From positions 64,001 to 128,000 of the forward strand of contig OZ242383.1 of assembly GCA_965209155.1 (NCBI GenBank): a stretch of 64,000 nucleotides of DNA. The letters are read 5' to 3'. The notes beneath the pieces are model-generated. The model was not told the origin of the DNA, made no database searches, and saw only the letters and a program-made list of their open reading frames with translations. The translations under genes and the position numbers were made by a program. The DNA is from a bacterium. Its GTDB lineage: Bacteria; SAR324; NAC60-12. Positions 33,318-43,535 of the stretch are shown here, in pieces; positions within the stretch are counted from its first letter, which is position 1, and the number at the start of each line of letters is the position of its first letter.

Positions 33318-34115
33318 TTAAGCTCCTGTAGATTCGAGGATTTCGATTTCGTCGGGATGACAAGCCAAGGCGGAATCCTTGAGCCTGGCACGGAAAAAGC
33401 AAGCCTTGGGTTGCGCTAATTCGCCGACAAAACGCGAGGACTTCTTGGACGTAGCTTCCAGTTCATCAGGGCGCTTCCAGCGAAAACCATGAGCACGGAC
33501 CGCGGGCGAAAAAACGTCGTAAAGCATCAAACCCAAGTCTTCCTCGTATTGCCGCCAATTGGTTCCCAATTCAGCGGCTCGCTTTTCCAGAGCAATTTGG
33601 GGATCGTCTACCCACTCAAAATCCGCAGCAAATTCACGCATGCCCAAGGCGGGCCGGTGGAAACACTTGCCCTGCTGAGCGCGGCGCTTGAATTCAGAAA
33701 AATACTTCGCCGGCGTGTCTGCCGGGCGATTCGCCAGCGGTGTGGGGCGCAGTTCGGCGCTAATAATGTATTCCACCTCCTTCAGCGCCAACATGTTGCG
33801 CTGAGTGCTGTTGGGCGCTCCACCTCCGGACTCAATGGGCGAGACACTTTCCGGTTTCGCCATCCATTGACCGACATTGCGTATGCTTATGACGGATTGC
33901 ACTTCATTACGTCGAATTGAGGTCCAGAGGCCGCGCTTCACTACCCGGATAGCAGCAACGTGGTAACAGATTTGCGGCTCCCAGAAAACAGCTTCCAAGA
34001 TACCCCGGGCAGCAGAAGGCGTCATGACCGGATAGCTGACGCGCTCAACTTTCATTTCAGGGCGCGTGAAACAGGCCCAGTCGCCCCACACTCTCAGGTG
34101 TACATAGTCGTTCAT
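33318..34115 (-). CDS. cas5c: Cas5c (Cas5d), type I-C
   Basis: VWGDWACFTRPEMKVERVSYPVMTPSAARGILEA, CFHRPALGMREF, DLGLMLYD. Confidence 0.97.
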   Translation of the reverse strand: MNDYVHLRVWGDWACFTRPEMKVERVSYPVMTPSAARGILEAVFWEPQICYHVAAIRVVKRGLWTSIRRNEVQSVISIRNVGQWMAKPESVSPIESGGGAPNSTQRNMLALKEVEYIISAELRPTPLANRPADTPAKYFSEFKRRAQQGKCFHRPALGMREFAADFEWVDDPQIALEKRAAELGTNWRQYEEDLGLMLYDVFSPAVRAHGFRWKRPDELEATSKKSSRFVGELAQPKACFFRARLKDSALACHPDEIEILESTGA

Positions 34116-36346
34116 TGCAAGAAATCCTCGGTTGGTCGTTGGGCGATAATCACGCCTAGATGCTCGTGATAGGCGGCCGCGTCCAACACTCTCAGTTCCA
34201 TGCCGGGCAACAGCGGATGGAGCAGGTGCATCGCGTCCAGCTTTTGGAAGTCTCGCTTATGCAGATTCACCATGAAGCGCTGAAGGTCGCGTAAATCTTC
34301 ACGAGTGAAACGTGGACCGTTGGATTTGGCGCGTTCCCGGATTGCAGTCACCATATCCAAAGCATTTGCCCTTGGCGTAATGACGGCTTGGGTGTCATCA
34401 AAAATTACTTTTGCTTTACGGTTTACTTCGCGGAAGCGCAAAGATTCCCGATCTTCTTGAATGGGGCATTCCCGCCGACGATTATAATCCATAGGTACGT
34501 ATTGAAAAAGCTCACTAAAATAACGTTTGAACAAATTCGGATCGTCAGACAAATCGTCCATAGACAATTGATCCAACAGCCGTGCCGCAATTTCTGTGGC
34601 TACACGATACACGCCGCCGGGAAGTTTGGCATCCGTTGGTCGGAATACGACTACGCGCCCTTTTGTTGGGTGTCCTTCTTTGTCCTTCAAGCGTCCTTCT
34701 CGATTGCAGCGGCCGGCCGCCTGCACGATAGAATCCAGTGGCCCCAAGGCTCGATAGACTGTGGGAAAATCGATATCCACCCCGGCCTCGACTACCTGCG
34801 TGGCTACCAGCCTGCAAGGTTCTTCGTTTTCCAAACGCCGTTTCGCCTCCTTCAAAACCTCAGTACGGTGATCGGCACACATGGCCGAAGAAAGATGCAA
34901 AACCCCTTCCAGTTGATGCTGCCGTAGTGACTCCCACCATGTAGCCGCTTGTTTGCGGGTGTTTACCACTCCGAGTGCTTGGGGGTTGATTTCCCATTCT
35001 CCGGTCAACTCCCGCCAATCGCTCGGTGTAGACCGTACCTCGTAGACCACCCGTCCCAACTTCCGGAATAATTCGTCAGGCTGTGACACAATCTCTTGTA
35101 CTTCATTTGCATCAAAACCCAGTTTCAACGATGAGCTTCGACTAAAGGCAGGCTGAGTAGCGGTCGAGAAAATAAAACTCGTATGATAATGCTCCTTGAG
35201 GTCCCTCAGCACGTGCAAAAGTGGAGCAAGCAGATGAGAAGGCAGTGTCTGCACCTCATCCAGTAGTATCACGGAGTTCGCGATGTTGTGTAGTTTCCGA
35301 CACTTGGAGGTACCGTTGGCAAAGAGAGACTCGATGAACTGCACCGAAGTAGTGACGATGACAGGCGCGTCCCAGTTTTCCGAGGCTACTTCCTCCGGCG
35401 ATCGACCTCGCTCTTCTGAGTCAGCTTTTGAACCCACCGAAGAATGGTGCTCAATCACGATGCCTACGTCTTCCGGATCAAGTACTTCCCGGTATTCAGC
35501 AGCATTTTGCTCAATGATTGACAAATAAGGTATCACGACTATGATTCGACGCATTCCATGCCGCCGTGCATGTTCCAGAGCAAATGCCATGCCCGATAAT
35601 GTTTTACCACCGCCGGTGGGCACGGTCAGTGTGAAGAATCCTCTCGGCTCTGCTGCCTTTGCCATGCATTCTTGACACACGCGATTGCGCAGCTTATTGA
35701 GTTCCCCCGAGGAATCAAACTTGCCTAAGTGTGCTTGCATACGTTGAATCGGCAATTCAAGGTCAATCTTTACAGAATGTCGTTCCTTACCGGTCTTGAA
35801 TCGTTCCGTATCCAGAAAATCCGCATCCACTAAGCAGGAAAATAGCATCCGTACATAAAATTCAGAGACGGCTTTGTCCCGATCAGGATTGGCAAATTCT
35901 GGCTCCTTAAGGTTCCTGGGAATTTTCCCTATTTCCGATTCAAACATCTCTTCAAGAGGAATCAGGCGATTCAGCGCATCGTATTTCTCTCCACAAACCA
36001 ACTCCTGCAAACCATCCAGATCGTGCAACCCCGCATGGTGCCCCGCAATGGCGAAAGCCGGCCCCAGCCACCCTCTTTTGAAGGCCAGGGCAGCTCCATA
36101 CACCGCATGATGGGTTTCGATTGATCCCGGACGTTCTCCTGCCAGATATTCCTGGAAGGGAATTCGATATTTACCCAAGTCATGAAGCAGGCCTGCTTGC
36201 TCAGCAGAATCGGCGAGCAACGGTTCGGCGAAATCTCGGGCTCTATTACCCACGTTTCGCAGGTGTTTGGCGAGTGGGTGCCAGCGTAGCTGATTTGGAT
36301 CAATTTCCCTTACCTCTGTTTCGGCAGTGTGGGCGTAATAAATCAC
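34112..36346 (-). CDS. cas3: Cas3 HD nuclease-helicase
   Basis: GTG start (M)IYYAH, LLHDLGK, AGHHAGL, LVDADFLDT, PTGGGKT, LDEVQ, TATQP, QAAGRCNREG. Confidence 0.96.
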   Translation of the reverse strand: MIYYAHTAETEVREIDPNQLRWHPLAKHLRNVGNRARDFAEPLLADSAEQAGLLHDLGKYRIPFQEYLAGERPGSIETHHAVYGAALAFKRGWLGPAFAIAGHHAGLHDLDGLQELVCGEKYDALNRLIPLEEMFESEIGKIPRNLKEPEFANPDRDKAVSEFYVRMLFSCLVDADFLDTERFKTGKERHSVKIDLELPIQRMQAHLGKFDSSGELNKLRNRVCQECMAKAAEPRGFFTLTVPTGGGKTLSGMAFALEHARRHGMRRIIVVIPYLSIIEQNAAEYREVLDPEDVGIVIEHHSSVGSKADSEERGRSPEEVASENWDAPVIVTTSVQFIESLFANGTSKCRKLHNIANSVILLDEVQTLPSHLLAPLLHVLRDLKEHYHTSFIFSTATQPAFSRSSSLKLGFDANEVQEIVSQPDELFRKLGRVVYEVRSTPSDWRELTGEWEINPQALGVVNTRKQAATWWESLRQHQLEGVLHLSSAMCADHRTEVLKEAKRRLENEEPCRLVATQVVEAGVDIDFPTVYRALGPLDSIVQAAGRCNREGRLKDKEGHPTKGRVVVFRPTDAKLPGGVYRVATEIAARLLDQLSMDDLSDDPNLFKRYFSELFQYVPMDYNRRRECPIQEDRESLRFREVNRKAKVIFDDTQAVITPRANALDMVTAIRERAKSNGPRFTREDLRDLQRFMVNLHKRDFQKLDAMHLLHPLLPGMELRVLDAAAYHEHLGVIIAQRPTEDFLQ

Positions 36347-36710
36347 AGATAAACCTTTTAAAGAATGTAAAGAAGACAAACCAATATAATGCAAATTGTC
36401 GTTCAGTGTCAAGGGAACAATTTGGTTCCTCTGCGGGATTGTCAAACAGGTTCCTGTTTCAGCGTACCGATTTTCGGACGAGATTGAGGGGTTGCATGTT
36501 ACTGGCAATTGGGAGAACCACCAAGCTGCTTGCCTGGCAGAGGGGAATCGGTTGGTGCTGGATATTTTCAAATCACCCGCAGGCAAAGGGATGGTGCTTC
36601 CAACAAAGGAAAGAATTTCAAGAACGTCCTGGTTGCAGAAAGGTTTTTGAGCGAGCATGATTGAGTAACGAGAATTTACTTCAACCTTATTTTACTTTTC
36701 CAAATGTGAA

Positions 36711-37007
36711 GGGGTCAGAACTGGAAGTTTTGAATTGCAAGCAAAGATTCGAACCTGGAGGGGTTCGAGACGATCTTGGAGATTTCGGGATTGATTCGTT
36801 TCCTCAATGGATGAACCCTGTCCCACCAGTCATCCCATTCCAAAACCGCTTTTTCCAAACTTTCAAACCCGACATTGTTGCAAAATATCTCACCGAACCC
36901 AGCGAGATCATTCAGACGATTGAAGGAATCCGAGGGGCTCTAAAATCAATCAGAGGAATTGAAACGTCAAATACTTGCTTGAAGTTTCAAACTTACAAGC
37001 CTGCCTC
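36711..37007. repeat. REPIN-like unit: two RAYT 3' ends in inverted orientation, copy 1
   Basis: Starts GGGGTCAGAACTGGAAGTTTTGAA, ends CAAACTTACAAGCCTGCC; right arm matches 14317-14405; near-identical copy at 42910-43178. Confidence 0.7.
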
Positions 37008-37609
37008 TCACTCTTGCCATAGGCCGTTTTCACAGTGGAGTCCACGTCAATCACAAAACGGCGTAACCCCCCAACGTTGCTTGCTCCGCTTCGAAGCGCC
37101 TTGCGCCAGATACCGGCTCGAATCCGATGGTTCAAGCTCTCCATCTCATGGATGTTTTTCTGTGTGAAAGTACGCAGTATGCGACCGAATGTGGTTTCAT
37201 CCGGAATCCTCAGCCAACCGGCCGCACGACTCAATACACGGTCGTTCCAAACTGTTACAATCGAACGAATCGAACGGGCGCCGCCAATAATGCCAACCAC
37301 CGATAAAATGACCATGTCCACCGCGTCATAAAGACTCGTGGCGCCACGCTGATGATCTATGCTCTGCTCTGTCTTCGAAACAATCCCGTGTTTGTGAAAA
37401 AATTTGACAACCGGAATCAAGCCTGCTTGCGCGGTCAGGTCTCTGCCTCCCTGGCGGATATGGATGTTTTTTGCTTTCGTTCTTGCCGATCTTGTGCTAC
37501 CTTTGTTTTTCATGGAAATGGTGATCTCTCGAAATGTTGATTCTACTGTTAACTATTTGAGCATATTACCATTTCCATCTTCGTTTGTCATCTAATTGCA
37601 GGATTTAGG
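37008..37609 (-). mobile_element. IS1380-family fragment (left end + transposase N-terminus)
   Basis: End CCTAAATCCTGCAATTAG; LTAQAGL, IPDETTFGR, IDVDSTVKTAYG, then truncated at the REP-like end. Confidence 0.85.
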
Positions 37610-37778
37610 TATAAATCTATTTTCAGATGCTACGTTCTTGTAAAAATTTTAATTTTCCTAAATGAGTTCGGATTTTATCGTGGCAGAAAAAACAAATCTG
37701 ATCATTAAAAAAATCGGAAAGAGACAAACTTTGTGAGAAGAACGTCGCTGTATATAGAGACAGTTGGATTGTCGAAGA

Positions 37779-38489
37779 ATGATAGACAAAAAATACATGG
37801 ATATTTCATTGCAAGAAATCGAAGAAATTGAAATGCTTACACTGCGATGGGTATTTCAGTCGGTGCTTGATTTTGGCATGGAAGCTCATGAAATATTTCT
37901 CAAATCACCGGATAGTGTGAAAGACATTGCAGAAGATGTAACAAGGGAATTGCTTGATAGACTTTCAGGATTTAACGTTCAACAAAGAATATATGGCACT
38001 GTTGATTATAAGAAAGCCAGATACGTTATCTTACCTGAACAAACAATCAGACAGGCATTATTCATTGACTCAAAAGCAGAAAAAGAAAACCGATCTGCTA
38101 CAATCCAGATGTCCCAGACCTCCATGTGCATAAAACAACGGAGGGCAAGAATTGAAGTAAATGAAAAGGGCACCCTTCCGGAAATTTCTGAATATGGTGG
38201 AAAAAATTATTTAACAACCACTTGTCTTGTACATTTTAAATATAATGATGATGCCACTGGTGCTCATCATTTACGCAATGTTACTATAGTTGCTATTCCC
38301 AATGGTCGGTTACAAAATAGGTACAATCCCGATGTTGATGATGGAATATGGTTGGCGGGAAGGAATGCTCCTACTTTGCGGGAAGATTTCAGGGTAAGAG
38401 TCAGTTTCAATAAATTAAAATCCAAGGCAGCATGGCGTGTGCAAGTGTTGACTTACAATGAAGAGTGTATTGGATTATGGCAATCATAG
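37779..38489 (+). CDS. Type II restriction endonuclease, SfiI family
   Basis: AED.T, G.VDYKK.R, LFIDSKAEK.NR..T.Q.SQ, VHF.Y, RLQ.RYNPD, R.RV.F..LK...WRVQ match the SfiI sequence as I recall it. Confidence 0.8.
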   Translation: MIDKKYMDISLQEIEEIEMLTLRWVFQSVLDFGMEAHEIFLKSPDSVKDIAEDVTRELLDRLSGFNVQQRIYGTVDYKKARYVILPEQTIRQALFIDSKAEKENRSATIQMSQTSMCIKQRRARIEVNEKGTLPEISEYGGKNYLTTTCLVHFKYNDDATGAHHLRNVTIVAIPNGRLQNRYNPDVDDGIWLAGRNAPTLREDFRVRVSFNKLKSKAAWRVQVLTYNEECIGLWQS

Positions 38490-39487
38490 ATATTTCAAAA
38501 AAGCTGGAACCTAATTCCATTTATTGCGGAGATTCCAAAGTATTGCTCAAAGGAATTGAAGAGGAATCGATTGCTCTTAGTGTATGGTCACCACCCTACT
38601 ATGTCGGAAAAAATTATGAGAAGGACTTAACTTTTAAGGCTTGGCAATCACTATTGAGAGAGGTCATTCATTCCCATTTTCCGATTATAAATCCGGGAGG
38701 GTTTCTGGTAATCAACATTGCTGACATTTTATGTTTTAAAGATGACTCAATGCCGAGGATTATGGCAGAGAATGTATCTCGAAGGAAAATAAATCTTTCA
38801 AGGGAAGAAATAATAAAGGTTAAAGAGAAGAATCCAGATTGGAATAGATACCAACTGGCTGAATACTTCAATTGCAGTGAACAAACCATAGACAGAAGAC
38901 TCAAGGGCAACAATATCAGGGGGGGGAAATATCAATCTCAGACTAGAGTCTTCTTGGTTGGTGGTTTTATTGAAGAAGCGGCGTTGGAAGCGGGTTTTTA
39001 CTTATATGACCGTCGCATATGGATCAAAGACGCAGCTTGGGAGAACTCAAGATGGCACACGATATCATATCGCTCAGTGGATGAATCCGAATATATTTAC
39101 ATATTCTGGAAGCCAGGAATTACTAAAGTTGATCGATCTAGATTGACTAAACAGGAATGGATTAATTGGGGTTCGAGAGGAGTTTGGGAGATTTCATCTG
39201 TTCGTAGTAATTCTGATCATGATTCTAAATTCCCGGTCGAGTTGCCAAGAAGATTGATCAAACTCTTCACAGACCCTGGTGATATTGTACTTGATTGTTT
39301 TATCGGTAGTGGAACCACCGTGGTTGCTGCTCTGAGTGAAGCAAGACAATACATCGGCATAGACAAAGAGGGCAAATCGGTCGAAATTGCACGGAAAGCC
39401 GCAGCATCGTTTAATGACCTTAAAAAAACTTCAGTACAAATGGAGTTAATGATCCGAGAAATTGAGGCAATTTACAATGTGGGATGA
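38477..39487 (+). CDS. Beta-class amino DNA methyltransferase (probably N4-cytosine) with HTH insert
   Basis: WSPPY precedes VLDCFIGSGTT; H...FP.ELP; overlaps the REase gene. Confidence 0.9.
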   Translation: MAIIDISKKLEPNSIYCGDSKVLLKGIEEESIALSVWSPPYYVGKNYEKDLTFKAWQSLLREVIHSHFPIINPGGFLVINIADILCFKDDSMPRIMAENVSRRKINLSREEIIKVKEKNPDWNRYQLAEYFNCSEQTIDRRLKGNNIRGGKYQSQTRVFLVGGFIEEAALEAGFYLYDRRIWIKDAAWENSRWHTISYRSVDESEYIYIFWKPGITKVDRSRLTKQEWINWGSRGVWEISSVRSNSDHDSKFPVELPRRLIKLFTDPGDIVLDCFIGSGTTVVAALSEARQYIGIDKEGKSVEIARKAAASFNDLKKTSVQMELMIREIEAIYNVG

Positions 39488-39517
39488 TTGTCTAATTTGC
39501 GCAAACATATCTGGTTA

Positions 39518-39612
39518 GGGCTTGTTACAAAATAAGTGGAACATCTTTGAATTTCATATAGGGTGAATGGTGTAGTTCCATTGAGGAAACTTTTTTGCAA
39601 ATTTTAGATTTA
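39518..39612 (-). mobile_element. Solo ISAzo13 right end
   Basis: Reverse complement of 6303-6397 with few mismatches; stops at a RAYT left end. Confidence 0.88.
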
Positions 39613-39617
39613 AAAAA

Positions 39618-40582
39618 GGGGTCTGGCTCGAAAGTTTGGAAAAGTAGCGTTATTTTTTTTTTAAAATCGATTTGATACTCCTTCTCGCTGGTTTCTGAAG
39701 ATGGCTCGTCAACCACGCCTTTACTATCCCGGTGCGCTTTATCATGTGATGCTTCGTGGCAATGGAGGGCAATCCATTTTTTTCAGTCCCCCCTACTATC
39801 GACAATTTTATGACTTGCTCCAAGAAGGTTCCCAACGCTTTGATCATCGGATTTACGCCTTTTGTTTTATGAGCAATCAAACATGTCCCTCTCTGCTCTC
39901 TTCCTCTTTAGGATGGATCATTCATCAAGTGGCTCGAGTTTATCAACTACCGGAGCAGGAGTCATCACCACCGGCAGAGCCGGTGGCTTGAAGAGGCCCC
40001 CAGTATGGGGGCAAAACGTGTTCGTCATCGTAAGACGTGCTCGTGCTCGTGAACGAAAAAGGCTGCCATGTTAAATCATGAAAAACTCGATGTATACCAA
40101 TGTTCCATCGAATTTTTAGCGTTATCTGTCCAAGTCATCGAAACATTGCCAAAAGGATACTCAGCCTTAGTTGACCAACTGAAAAGGACCTCATGGTCGA
40201 TTCCTCTCATATCGCAGAAGGCTGTGGAAAAAATTCCCTTCCTGACAAGCAACGATTCTATGCGTTTGCCCGAGGTTCCGCAATGGAATGCGCTGCTATT
40301 CTCGATGTTTTAAACGTGTTGAAGATCATCCAGCCTCCTTTATTTGACGAAGGGAAACAGTTACTTCATCGCATTGTTTCTATGTTAACCAAAATGTGCC
40401 ATCGAATTCACTGACCGTTCACGAGCACGAGCACGGCTAACGGACACGGATACGTTTCTCATGTCTGACCGGCAAAGCCTATTAGGTTCGCACCAGCAGA
40501 GCTGGTGGTTTAATGAGATTAATTAAAGGAATTGAAACGTCAAGTACTTGCTTGAAGTTTCAAACTTTCAAGCCAGACCCCC
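39618..40582 (+). mobile_element. RAYT element remnant, copy 3, interrupted by the four-helix element
   Basis: GGGGTCTGGCTCGAAAGTTTG ... CAAACTTTCAAGCCAGACCCCC; MARQPRLYYPGALYHVMLRGNGG. Confidence 0.85.
39961..40521 (-). mobile_element. Four-helix IS200/IS605-type element, copy 2 (1-bp frameshift in cargo gene)
   Basis: Near-identical to 17142-17703; left junction GGAGCAGGA, right flank ATTAA (empty site visible at ~14150-14162). Confidence 0.88.
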
Positions 40583-40594
40583 TTCCAATTGAAG

Positions 40595-41905
40595 TTAGTC
40601 TTTTTCAGCGACAAATGAACCGACATATTCATTGCCAGTATCATTTACTACACCTCCGACCCATCCAGTTGGATCGCCAGCATCACTTTCATACCATTTG
40701 GTTTGAACTTCATTACCAGAACATCCACTTGCTACACAATTCAAGTCATAAGAAAAATCTCCCCAATCTCTGTAATTGTGATCGTGCCATGTGGATACAC
40801 CATTTTTACTATAATGAGCTTCAAAATCATTGATACGTACATTCATATTTTGAGTATGGAAAGTGTAGCGCAAATTGGCGTCGGCTCGAAGTAATGCACC
40901 AAGATAATTCGGATCCATGTCAACACCAAGAAAGTTATCTGTTCCACTATATGTGGCTGATGTTGAAGGCAATGTGTTGGAAGGGGTTCCCTCTATAAAT
41001 CCATTTGCTGTAATGGTATTTTGAAAATCTAATAAACCAGTAAATGTTCTTCTGTTATGTTGCCCGGATATGTCAAAATCTTGATCTAACCAAACACCCC
41101 ATGATCTAATTGAATCAGGTTTTCCGGTTTTCCATATAATGAAAGTATTATATTTTTCATCATTCCATGTTGCATGATTGATATATCTGACATCTTCAGG
41201 TGTTACATCAAAATTTATGATAGTGTCATAACTCATAATTCCATTGGAACCATAGTGATCATGGCATTTATTATTACCGCCGCCACAGCCTTCTGTCATT
41301 CCAGTAGGGTTTTGATAACCAAATTGGTGTCCTGCTTCATGCATAATTACTGCAAATAATTCTCTAATAGCTCCTTGACGTAAAAAATCATTAGAGCTAG
41401 TCAAGTAAAAATAATTTTCAATAATCCAATTGGTATCTAATATTACTGCATCAAAAAAATCAGAATAACATGCAGGTGAGTTTCCATGACCACAATTGTA
41501 ATCCCCTGTATTTCCCACTAGAACAATAACTTTCCCATGGTCATAATCTAAATGTTTGGACCATTCCATGTATGACATATTAACAATTTGCCATAAAACA
41601 TTACTGGCATTTTCCAATCTTTGTCGCGTTGCAGCATCATATCTCCAAAGAGGCTCCAATCTATCAAAAAGTTCAGGTGAGAATTTCATATCAACACTTA
41701 CATGCCCTCCATGATCAGGATAGCTAATATAAATTCCATCCCTTGATGTTCGTGGTAAGTCAGCATGTAAATTTGGAAACCAATTGCTTGATGTATCATG
41801 CTCTGTTGATTGGGCGTCGCCAATCAAAAATTCATCTTCAGCAATGGCCTGTCCTGAAATTCCAATCATAAAGACAGAAGCAATCGCAAAAATCATGTTT
41901 TTCAT
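40595..41905 (-). CDS. Exported HExxH zinc metalloprotease-like protein with C-terminal beta-barrel-like domain
   Basis: Signal peptide ending AIA; MHEAGHQFG and a Met-turn-like GIMSY; C-terminus SATYSG...GWVGGVV...YVGSFVAEKD resembles TbpB-type barrels; AAAGGA RBS. Confidence 0.65.
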   Translation of the reverse strand: MKNMIFAIASVFMIGISGQAIAEDEFLIGDAQSTEHDTSSNWFPNLHADLPRTSRDGIYISYPDHGGHVSVDMKFSPELFDRLEPLWRYDAATRQRLENASNVLWQIVNMSYMEWSKHLDYDHGKVIVLVGNTGDYNCGHGNSPACYSDFFDAVILDTNWIIENYFYLTSSNDFLRQGAIRELFAVIMHEAGHQFGYQNPTGMTEGCGGGNNKCHDHYGSNGIMSYDTIINFDVTPEDVRYINHATWNDEKYNTFIIWKTGKPDSIRSWGVWLDQDFDISGQHNRRTFTGLLDFQNTITANGFIEGTPSNTLPSTSATYSGTDNFLGVDMDPNYLGALLRADANLRYTFHTQNMNVRINDFEAHYSKNGVSTWHDHNYRDWGDFSYDLNCVASGCSGNEVQTKWYESDAGDPTGWVGGVVNDTGNEYVGSFVAEKD

Positions 41906-41925
41906 ATTATTTTCCTTTCAGTAAA

Positions 41926-41951
41926 GGGGGTCTGGCTTGAAAGTTTGGAAA
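41926..41951 (+). repeat. Solo RAYT left end
   Basis: GGGGGTCTGGCTTGAAAGTTTGGAAA. Confidence 0.8.
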
Positions 41952-42366
41952 GTCATCACCACCGGCAGAGCCGGTGGCTTGAAGAGGCCCCCAGTATGAG
42001 GGCAAAACGTGTTCGTCATCGTATGACGTGCTCGTGCTCGTGAACGAAAAAGGCTGCCATGTTAGATCATGAAAAACTCGATGTATACCCATGTTCCATC
42101 GAATTTTTGCGTTACCTGTCCAAGTCATCGAAACATTGCCAAAAGGATACTCAGCCTTAGTTGACCAACTGAAAAGGGCCTCATGGTCGATTATTTGACG
42201 AAGGGAAACAGTTACTTCATCGCATTGTTTCTATGTTAACCAAAATGTGCCGTCGAATTCACTGACCGTTCACGAGCACGGCTCACGGACACGGATACGT
42301 TACTCATGTCTGACCGGCAAAGCCTATTAGGTTCGCACCAGCAGAGCTGGTGGTTTAATGAGATTA
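41952..42366 (-). mobile_element. Four-helix IS200/IS605-type element, copy 3 (internal deletion)
   Basis: Both hairpin ends intact; cargo gene deleted at TCATGGTCGA^TTATTTGACG; followed by ATTA. Confidence 0.88.
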
Positions 42367-42482
42367 ATTAGCGATCTCAGGCAGACCAAGGTAGTCTATG
42401 AAGATCGAAAACGCATAACTCTCCGGCTTAACAGTATCTGAAGCACTGGTGGGGATGAGTTGCATATTCTTATATGGACTTA

Positions 42483-42875
42483 CTACTGTGGAGCCGAGTT
42501 TTTCATACCCGCAGTTTTCAGCAGAACGGCCGGCAGTCGCTTCAGTTCTTCGTTGCGCGGGTCCACTTCGAATCCGCCAGATTCCAATGCGGTGACGCCG
42601 AGCAGCGGTTCCGCCCCTTTGTCACCATAGACGATAGTGCCGCCTACGATTTCTCCCTTGAACTCGATCTCGGCGACGGTGATGTCCAAGGCGACGCGCT
42701 GGCCATCCGCAAGCACGTATTCGCGACGCCCTCTCGATTCCAGACCAATCTCTTCGAGACACTCCCTTGGTACGAGCGAGTCGAACGCGCCTGTGTCAAC
42801 CAGGAATTTTCCCGTCCAACTTCTCCGTCGATCCGCAGGATTGCGGATGGTTACGTCAACGTATGTCGCGCCCAT
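42483..42875 (-). CDS. Clan AA aspartic protease, copy 2
   Basis: Nearly identical to 29246..29638; flanks 42368-42906 match 29131-29669. Confidence 0.88.
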   Translation of the reverse strand: MGATYVDVTIRNPADRRRSWTGKFLVDTGAFDSLVPRECLEEIGLESRGRREYVLADGQRVALDITVAEIEFKGEIVGGTIVYGDKGAEPLLGVTALESGGFEVDPRNEELKRLPAVLLKTAGMKNSAPQ

Positions 42876-42909
42876 GCTGGTTTTTCCTTCTCGCTGGTGG
42901 ATTATTGAA

Positions 42910-43178
42910 GGGGTCAGACCTGGAAGTTTTGAATTTCAAGCAAAGATTCGAACCTGGAGGGGTTCGAGACGATCTTGGAGATTCCGGGATTGATTCGATT
43001 CCTCAATGGATGAACCCTGTCCCATCAGTCATCCCATTCCTAAACCGCTTTTTCCTGACTTTCAAGCCCGAAATTGTTGCAAAATATCTCACCGAATCCA
43101 GCGAGATCATTCAGACGATTGAAGGAATGCGAGGGGTTCCAAAATCAATTAAAGGAATTGAAACTTCAAATACTTGCT
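42910..43178. repeat. REPIN-like unit, copy 2 (right tip missing)
   Basis: Aligns with 36711-36978. Confidence 0.7.
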
Positions 43179-43500
43179 CAGGAATTTGGAGATTTTCCTG
43201 AAGATTCGATAAATATTGAATAGGATCAATTATATTAAATCCTTACTTGATATGTTAGAGAAAATATGGACATTTTGTCCTCCCAAACTTTAAATCCATG
43301 TCAGATTAAGCAATCAAATCCTTATACGTTAAACGTATTTCTTCCATACCCTGCGCCGTCGAACCTAACGCTCGTTGGGTGAATCAGCGGATCTTCACCC
43401 CGGTGTATTCTGATCAAAACCTTTAGTATACTGGGATAGAATTTTATTTTAGCGTCAAACTTGTAGTCACTAAAATTAAATAATATTTACAAATAAGACC

Positions 43501-43529
43501 TTGACAAAACTGGATATCCTGTTTATATT
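43501..43529 (+). promoter_or_regulatory. Sigma70-like promoter of the IS1634 transposase
   Basis: TTGACA-17 bp-TATATT, 6 bp before the ATG (possibly leaderless mRNA). Confidence 0.55.
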
Positions 43530-43535
43530 GTTGAC

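Noticed and set aside
19878..36346. CRISPR-associated transposon (IS21 next to type I-C)
   Set aside because: Cas3 and the adaptation module are intact, no TniQ/TnsD, the IS21s are broken and one destroys a repeat.
36347..36658. 104-aa N-terminal extension of Cas3 in the ORF track
   Set aside because: Cas3 homology begins at YYAH (GTG 36346); the extension has no recognisable features.
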